A program made the position numbers and the translations under genes. Below, piece after piece: positions 33,295 through 38,414 of a DNA stretch of 38,414 bases. Positions within the stretch are counted from its first letter, which is position 1; the number at the start of each line of letters is the position of its first letter. This stretch comes from Flavobacteriales bacterium (lineage in GTDB: Bacteria > Bacteroidota > Bacteroidia > Flavobacteriales_D > Sanyastnellaceae), in assembly GCA_049416245.1 (NCBI GenBank), contig JBMSHA010000001.1:1-38414 (forward strand), given 5' to 3'. A model generated the notes under the pieces. That model saw nothing but the letters and a program-made list of their open reading frames with translations. It was not told the origin of the DNA and made no database searches.

Positions 33295-35208
33295 CTATTG
33301 AATCTGAACGTAGAGCTCTTTCGGGGATTTGACCTCGTACCTGAACGTGCGTTGGATTTCCTCGCCTGGCTTGATTTCCAGATCCCAAATAACCTGACCG
33401 GTCGACTTATCGACCTCTGCACCGTCGAGTTTGAGGCGGTTAATCTCGATTTCCTCATTGTCGGCGATGGGCAGCTGGTCGTCGATTTGAATGTGAATGG
33501 GGGCATCCTTGCGGTTCGTAGCAGTGAAGACATATTCGCGCAGGAATTCCTTTTTGCCGCTGATCAAACTTGAACGGTCTTCGCGCATGGTCCGCTTCCG
33601 CCGCACCTGAATGGACGGATCTGGGCCCAACGAAATCGATAACGTGTCCTGGGCGAAGTCGAGCCGAAGTTGGCTTTCTCCGACGTAGTCGTCCTCGAAA
33701 TAGATGTGCATGCGGCCGTTGATGAGGTCCAATTCCTCCCAATCAGTAAACAACGCCGTCAAGTACACTTGCGGATCGAGTTTTGGGGTGCATTGGTATA
33801 GGTACTCCACGGGCAATTGATGCTCGAGGACGCGCACCGCGTGGGGATTTCCGTCGCCGGGGATGTCATAGCGGGCACTCACGTCAAAGCGGGTTTGGGT
33901 GGGGTTGTGCTCCACAGAGACGGCTGCGAAATTCATGGATTCGTTGGCGTCAAATTCTTCGCGGCGGCGCGCGCGTGGAGAGAACAAGGCTTCGCGCTCG
34001 TCGAGTTCAGCTGAGATTTGGACGGATTCTAAAACCGAGATGTCCGGCGAAAGCGAGACGTTCATAACGGGATCACTCACGGCCAACGTTTCAACTTGGT
34101 GGCCGATGCTTTGGTATTGCACGGTGCTGACGCCGGCCGGCACCGAGAGGCTGTAAAATCCGTTGACGTCTGTCACGGCGCGGTTGCTCCCAACGCTGAC
34201 TTGGGCGCCGATGAGCGGTTGTCCATTGGTGTCATACAGTTGTCCTCGGATTTGTTGAACGTTGGGGTTATAGGGCTTGGCTTTGAGCCATGCATTTGCC
34301 GCGCCAGCTTGTTTTCCGTACACGGCGTTGCCGTCGAGACTCCAAGGCTGGAGTACCGGCTTCGAACGGTTTTTACTCGGCGTTCCGGTGGCGATGCTCA
34401 GGCCTACATTTTCCCATGCTTCGCCGGTATTCTGGTAGACCAGTGCTTGGTATTCCAATTTCAACGGCTCGGTGATGTCAGAAACGCGCGCGTTGTAAGA
34501 CGGATTCCATCCGGCATTGTGCATCCAATAACTCAGCAAGAGTTTTCCTTCTGTGGCACGCGCGGCCTCTACATTGACAATGACTTCCAGCGACGTCTCG
34601 GTTCTCAATTGCGGCAACGCATTCGATTGCCGGTCGATAGCGTACATGGATTCTTGGATATCCGCGATGCGCTTTTGGAGGTCGAGCCGGCCGGTTTGAA
34701 TGGCCTCGAAGCGCTCGCGAAAGAATTCCGAGGCACGGATCAATCGCTCGAGGTCAACACCGCTGTCTTTCACCGTAAAACCTTGGTTATTCAGCAGCAA
34801 CTGCTCTTCACGATCAAAGATGACGTTCTGGGTATTCAGTTGGTTGATTTGCTTTTGCAATTCGTTGCGTTCGATTTGCAGCCGGTTGCGCTCCTCGGCG
34901 GTGCCGGCGCCGCTCAGCGTGTCGGTGTGGTACCGGTGCGTGATGCTGAGCACTTGAAAGGGACCGTTCCCGGTAAGGCGAATTTGCGCAGGATCGATGG
35001 CGGTATTGAGTCCTTGGAAAACGACTGTGGACAATCCCGACGCGAGATCCACTTCCGCGACGCGTTCGATTTGGGCGCCTTGTTGGTAGACGACTACGTG
35101 GTCAATTTGGGTGGTTACGGCAACTTCTTTGGAAGCAGATGGTGAATTTGACGCAATCGCCGCAAAGCTGAAAGCGGCAAAGGTGAGGGCCAAGAGGGCG
35201 TGTTTCAT
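33295..35208 (-). CDS. DUF4140/DUF4139 (TIGR02231, MuiA-like) protein with internal CarboxypepD_reg-like domain
   Basis: Signal peptide MKHALLALTFAAFSFAAIA. N-terminal IDHVVVYQQGAQIERVAEVDLASGLSTVVFQGL..IDPAQIRLTG (DUF4140 pattern), a coiled-coil segment, and a C-terminal DUF4139-like region (INGRMHIYFEDDYVGES..., IQIDDQLPI..., RTFRYEVKSPKE). Confidence 0.7.
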   Translation of the reverse strand: MKHALLALTFAAFSFAAIASNSPSASKEVAVTTQIDHVVVYQQGAQIERVAEVDLASGLSTVVFQGLNTAIDPAQIRLTGNGPFQVLSITHRYHTDTLSGAGTAEERNRLQIERNELQKQINQLNTQNVIFDREEQLLLNNQGFTVKDSGVDLERLIRASEFFRERFEAIQTGRLDLQKRIADIQESMYAIDRQSNALPQLRTETSLEVIVNVEAARATEGKLLLSYWMHNAGWNPSYNARVSDITEPLKLEYQALVYQNTGEAWENVGLSIATGTPSKNRSKPVLQPWSLDGNAVYGKQAGAANAWLKAKPYNPNVQQIRGQLYDTNGQPLIGAQVSVGSNRAVTDVNGFYSLSVPAGVSTVQYQSIGHQVETLAVSDPVMNVSLSPDISVLESVQISAELDEREALFSPRARRREEFDANESMNFAAVSVEHNPTQTRFDVSARYDIPGDGNPHAVRVLEHQLPVEYLYQCTPKLDPQVYLTALFTDWEELDLINGRMHIYFEDDYVGESQLRLDFAQDTLSISLGPDPSIQVRRKRTMREDRSSLISGKKEFLREYVFTATNRKDAPIHIQIDDQLPIADNEEIEINRLKLDGAEVDKSTGQVIWDLEIKPGEEIQRTFRYEVKSPKELYVQIQ

Positions 35209-35268
35209 AAAGCTTGATTTGTGCGATGATGATTTTCAACGCTTCAAACCAAGGAGCATGCCAAAAAT

Positions 35269-36240
35269 TTAAAACCCGATTTTTTCGCGGACGCGTTGGA
35301 GTACCGGTTGGGCCACTTCACGGGCGCGTGCCGCGCCTTTGGCCAACTCGGCATCGAGGGCTGACTTGTCGTTCATCCACCGATGGAATTCCGCGCGCTC
35401 GTTGGCAAACCCATCCACAACGGCTTCCAGTAGCGCCTTTTTCGCATGGCCCCAGCCGTACCCACCTGCGCGCAAGGACGCAGCCATGTCCGCAGCATCT
35501 GATGGAGTGGCGACGAGTTTGTACAACTGATACACCACGGCGCCGTCCGGATTTTTAGGCTCTTCCAGCGGGGTGGCGTCGGTGATGATTTCTTTGTTGA
35601 TCCGCTTCTTCAGCGCGCCGGGTTCCGTAAAGATGTCCAGGGTATTGCCTTTGGATTTGGACATTTTACCACCGTCCAATCCGGGGATCAATTGGGTCTC
35701 TTCCCGAATCATCTCTTGCGGTACGACAAACGTTTCACCCATCTTGTGGTTGAAACGGCTGGCCACATCTCGGGTCATTTCCAAATGCTGCAATTGGTCT
35801 TTTCCTACGGGCACAAAGTCCGCATCGTACAGCAAAATGTCTGCCGCCATGAGCATGGGATAAGAGAACAATCCGCCGTTCACGTCTTCCAATCGGTCTG
35901 CTTTGTCCTTGAAGCTGTGCGCCAGAGTGAGCCGCTGGTAAGGAAAGAAACAATTCAAGTACCAAGCGAGTTCGGTCACTTCGGGGACATCACTCTGTCG
36001 GTAAAAAACCGTGCGCTCCGTGTCCAGACCGAAGGCGAGCCAAGCGGCAGCGACAGCATACGTGTTTTCGCGCAACGTAGCCCCGTCCTTCACTTGCGTC
36101 AGGGAATGCATGTCCGCGATGAACAGGAAGGATTCGTTATCCGACTGATGGGCCAATTCAATGGCGGGACGAATAGCGCCCAACAAGTTGCCCAAATGCG
36201 GGGTTCCGGTGCTTTGTATGCCTGTAAGGATGCGTGCCAT
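35269..36240 (-). CDS. trpS: Tryptophan--tRNA ligase
   Basis: MARILTGIQSTGTPHLGNLLGA (HIGH-type), GGKMSKSKGN (KMSKS), 323 aa from the ATG at 36240; the track begins at TTG 36249. Confidence 0.95.
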   Translation of the reverse strand: MARILTGIQSTGTPHLGNLLGAIRPAIELAHQSDNESFLFIADMHSLTQVKDGATLRENTYAVAAAWLAFGLDTERTVFYRQSDVPEVTELAWYLNCFFPYQRLTLAHSFKDKADRLEDVNGGLFSYPMLMAADILLYDADFVPVGKDQLQHLEMTRDVASRFNHKMGETFVVPQEMIREETQLIPGLDGGKMSKSKGNTLDIFTEPGALKKRINKEIITDATPLEEPKNPDGAVVYQLYKLVATPSDAADMAASLRAGGYGWGHAKKALLEAVVDGFANERAEFHRWMNDKSALDAELAKGAARAREVAQPVLQRVREKIGF

Positions 36241-36294
36241 GCGGGTCAAATTTACGTTGGCTTGGGCGGTTCTCAGGGCACCGGGCCAAAGGAA

Positions 36295-37308
36295 TTATTG
36301 CTGCGCCCCACTCACCGGTCGGATCCGGTAGGCGTCAGCCCGGATGCTATCGCGTTCTGTTCCGAATCCGACGGCGAAGAAATACAACCGTTCTGGCAGT
36401 TGATGAAGCGTAAAGCGGAGGTTGCCTCGGGTCCAATTTCGGAGGTGATCTCCGGACGATGACACCGGGACATGCTCCAGCCAATGCCGATCGCCGTTGG
36501 GCCATTCGGCTTCAGCGATCCACTCGAATTGGAGGGCATCGCGACCGGCGTGATTTCCACCATGCCAGAACCAGCAACTCGCTTCCATTTCGCGGTGCAG
36601 CCACGAACTATCCGGTCTTACCGTGTCGATGAGCAGGTATTCGTTTTGCCGCCCGGTATGGATGGCCCCGCCTTCCAGCGCTGCTGCAAACGGCTCATCA
36701 TTGAGCGATTTCCACCTGAGGTCCACAGAATCAGGAAGTGCCCAATGGTATGAGCTTTGTCCTTCATCCGGGAAAAAATCGTCTAGGTTGATCAGGCGGA
36801 CGAGCGGATCCGAGGTGGGAGCTGCCGATGACCAAAGTCGGCGATCATCGGCCTGCCAAGTCTCGGTGGCGTCACACGCATACACGAGGACATTCCTTGA
36901 ACGGGCTTCTGTAGGAATGGCTTCCCTCAAGGCGTGCTTTGGCAATCGGGCGTGCCCCATCCATTCCATGAGCGCGCGGGACTCAGTGATGCTCATGCGC
37001 GTCAGGTGAGTCGCTGTGACCGGCAATCCCGTTTGAAAAGCGGCGGCCAATGCATTTCGATGGGCCATCATGCTGCCTTCCCTTCCCACGCTTTCGCTGC
37101 CCATTTGGAACCAGGGAACCGGGTGAATGGCAACAGCTTGATGCGTTTCTGCCAATCGCCGAAGGGATTCAAACGGTTCGACTTGCGCGGAAAATGGATT
37201 CGGCTGCATCGCCATTTGGTTCCGCGCTTCAATTTGCATCCACCCAGCATCTGCAGCAAACAACGCGATGAGCATGAGGGGTGCGATTCGCCCTCCTCGT
37301 TGCCCCAC
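36295..37308 (-). CDS. Hypothetical protein; probably the C-terminal extracytoplasmic part of the upstream membrane protein (same frame, separated by one TAA)
   Basis: 337-aa ORF from GTG 37308 with no motif I recognise. The 33 codons between it and the TAA at 37410-37408 still read as protein (AWLEKAKLFQQFRAIGRFTWPAVWAFPIAAIWWV). Confidence 0.5.
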   Translation of the reverse strand: MGQRGGRIAPLMLIALFAADAGWMQIEARNQMAMQPNPFSAQVEPFESLRRLAETHQAVAIHPVPWFQMGSESVGREGSMMAHRNALAAAFQTGLPVTATHLTRMSITESRALMEWMGHARLPKHALREAIPTEARSRNVLVYACDATETWQADDRRLWSSAAPTSDPLVRLINLDDFFPDEGQSSYHWALPDSVDLRWKSLNDEPFAAALEGGAIHTGRQNEYLLIDTVRPDSSWLHREMEASCWFWHGGNHAGRDALQFEWIAEAEWPNGDRHWLEHVPVSSSGDHLRNWTRGNLRFTLHQLPERLYFFAVGFGTERDSIRADAYRIRPVSGAQQ

Positions 37309-37407
37309 CCACCATATGGCCGCGATGGGAAACGCCCATACAGCCGGCCAAGTAAAGCGTCCGATGGCACGGAATTGTTGGAAAAGTTTGGCCTTTTCGA
37401 GCCAGGC

Positions 37408-38414
37408 TTACCGACCGGTCAGAAAGGGCTCGCCGACAGCCACCGCAAACAAAACGATTCCGGCGACCAACCCCGTCCAGAGTCCTTTTGGTGCAAGGAC
37501 CCATTCTTGACGTTGCCACAGTTTCCACAGGCTGAACAAGAGCGCTCCCGCCGCGAAAAACCACGTTCCGGTGCCCAGAAATCCCCAAGCTTCCCAGGTG
37601 GTCAGGCCCCAACCCAATTCGCGGCGCACGGCACCCAGCGGTCCGTGCGAAGGCAGCAGCGCGGCATTCCATCGGCTCACGTTGTCCCAAAAACCATAGG
37701 GCCGATCGGTTCGGAACGGATGCCCGTCCGTAATGGTCAGCAACCCCACGTAAAGCAGTAAGGGTGTAGCGGCTGTCACTATGAGTTGAGTCCATCGTTG
37801 CACGCTTTGCTTTCGCTGAAATACCATATGCAATCCGCCGACCAAACCGGCGAAAGCAGTAGCAACCGCTCCGAGGTATGCATGTGTCAACAGCCAAATG
37901 CTCAGGTTCAGGATTTGGATGGCGGAACGTTTCCAAGTGGGCCGCTCGTTCCACCGCAATTGAAGCCACCATGAAAGCGGCAGGGCTACGCTATAAGCCA
38001 ATGCATAATGCCCCGTCCAGCGCAGTGCTTGGGGATGAAATAAGGGGATGAGGCTGCATGCCCATGGAACCCACCAAGCCTTCACGCGGAAATGACCGGC
38101 GATTTTGACCAAGACACCGGCAGCGGCTCCCCAAGAAGCGATGATGAGCACGTGGAGGATTCCAGCGGTCCATTCTGCTGGAATGAGCCCTGGAACGAGC
38201 CACCCGCCCGTGAGCCACGCAAGGAGAGGATGGCCGTCTGTGTAGAACACGTGTTCGGAAAAAGGCCAACCCATGCCGCCGAATTCTGGGCTGAACGGTG
38301 TGCTGTGCGCCCATTGCCAAGCCAACGTATACACATTCTTGACCGCGTCCCGGCTCGAAGCAAGCAACACGCTGTTGGGTCGGAAAAACACATCCGGATG
38401 CAAAAAAGCCACCC
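37408..38414 (-). CDS. Polytopic integral membrane protein of unknown function, 5' end probably outside the window
   Basis: The reading frame is open to the right edge of the window. It has about 9 or more hydrophobic helices rich in Trp/Gly (GWLVPGLIPAEWTAGILHVLIIASWGAAAGVLV, IWLLTHAYLGAVATAFAGLVGGL and others). It ends at the TAA at 37410-37408. Confidence 0.55.
   Translation of the reverse strand, partial: VAFLHPDVFFRPNSVLLASSRDAVKNVYTLAWQWAHSTPFSPEFGGMGWPFSEHVFYTDGHPLLAWLTGGWLVPGLIPAEWTAGILHVLIIASWGAAAGVLVKIAGHFRVKAWWVPWACSLIPLFHPQALRWTGHYALAYSVALPLSWWLQLRWNERPTWKRSAIQILNLSIWLLTHAYLGAVATAFAGLVGGLHMVFQRKQSVQRWTQLIVTAATPLLLYVGLLTITDGHPFRTDRPYGFWDNVSRWNAALLPSHGPLGAVRRELGWGLTTWEAWGFLGTGTWFFAAGALLFSLWKLWQRQEWVLAPKGLWTGLVAGIVLFAVAVGEPFLTGR

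Noticed and set aside
1-38414. Search for tRNA/rRNA genes, CRISPR arrays, IS elements or integrases, riboswitch-sized leaders and toxin-antitoxin pairs
   Set aside because: Every intergenic gap is 130 bp or shorter and none shows cloverleaf-like or repeat-spacer structure. No ORF has transposase or integrase motifs. I therefore report none. This was a visual inspection, not a covariance-model search.

Overview
A gene-dense 38.4-kb chromosomal segment with about 30 protein genes and no non-coding gap longer than about 130 bp. I recognised no rRNA, tRNA, CRISPR array, transposase or integrase. Several features point to a Bacteroidota-type genome: an SdhCAB operon with a b558-type cytochrome subunit, TonB-dependent receptors with CarboxypepD_reg-like N-termini, TAnnTTTG-like -7 promoter boxes, and an XRE/S24 repressor in place of a classical LexA. 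Most of the window is housekeeping: ptrB (partial, missing from the ORF track), kdsB, dprA, a cation/H+ antiporter, rseP, PBP1A, scoAB, gltX, ssb, sdhCAB, an nfu-like gene and trpS.

The most interesting block is 20.5-28.2 kb. It holds a tight minus-strand operon of a catalytically intact Y-family polymerase (dinB-like), an SRAP/YedK-family peptidase and an error-prone DnaE2. Nearby is a CI/XRE-HTH + S24 (LexA-like) repressor. The same 19-bp inverted repeat, TTGCT-N9-AGCAA, sits on the core promoter of both the repressor gene and the polymerase operon. I read it as a candidate non-canonical SOS operator. The SRAP protein carries a C-terminal tail ending in QASLF, which fits the beta-clamp-binding pentapeptide. 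A secreted HExxH metalloprotease with dockerin-like Ca-binding repeats lies between regulator and operon.

Other points worth a second look:
- an exported HMA (CxxC) protein with a His/Asp tail paired with a His-rich TonB-dependent receptor
- a Cys4 zinc-ribbon-like insert in PBP1A
- a tail-less SSB
- a three-module amidohydrolase pair in which only one module keeps the HxH metal site
- a large membrane-protein reading frame split by one in-frame TAA

I do not see an unambiguous, wholly new multi-gene system. The SOS-like module is the best candidate, and parts of it are probably already described for Bacteroidota. All calls come from reading translations and motifs by eye; no database search was run.
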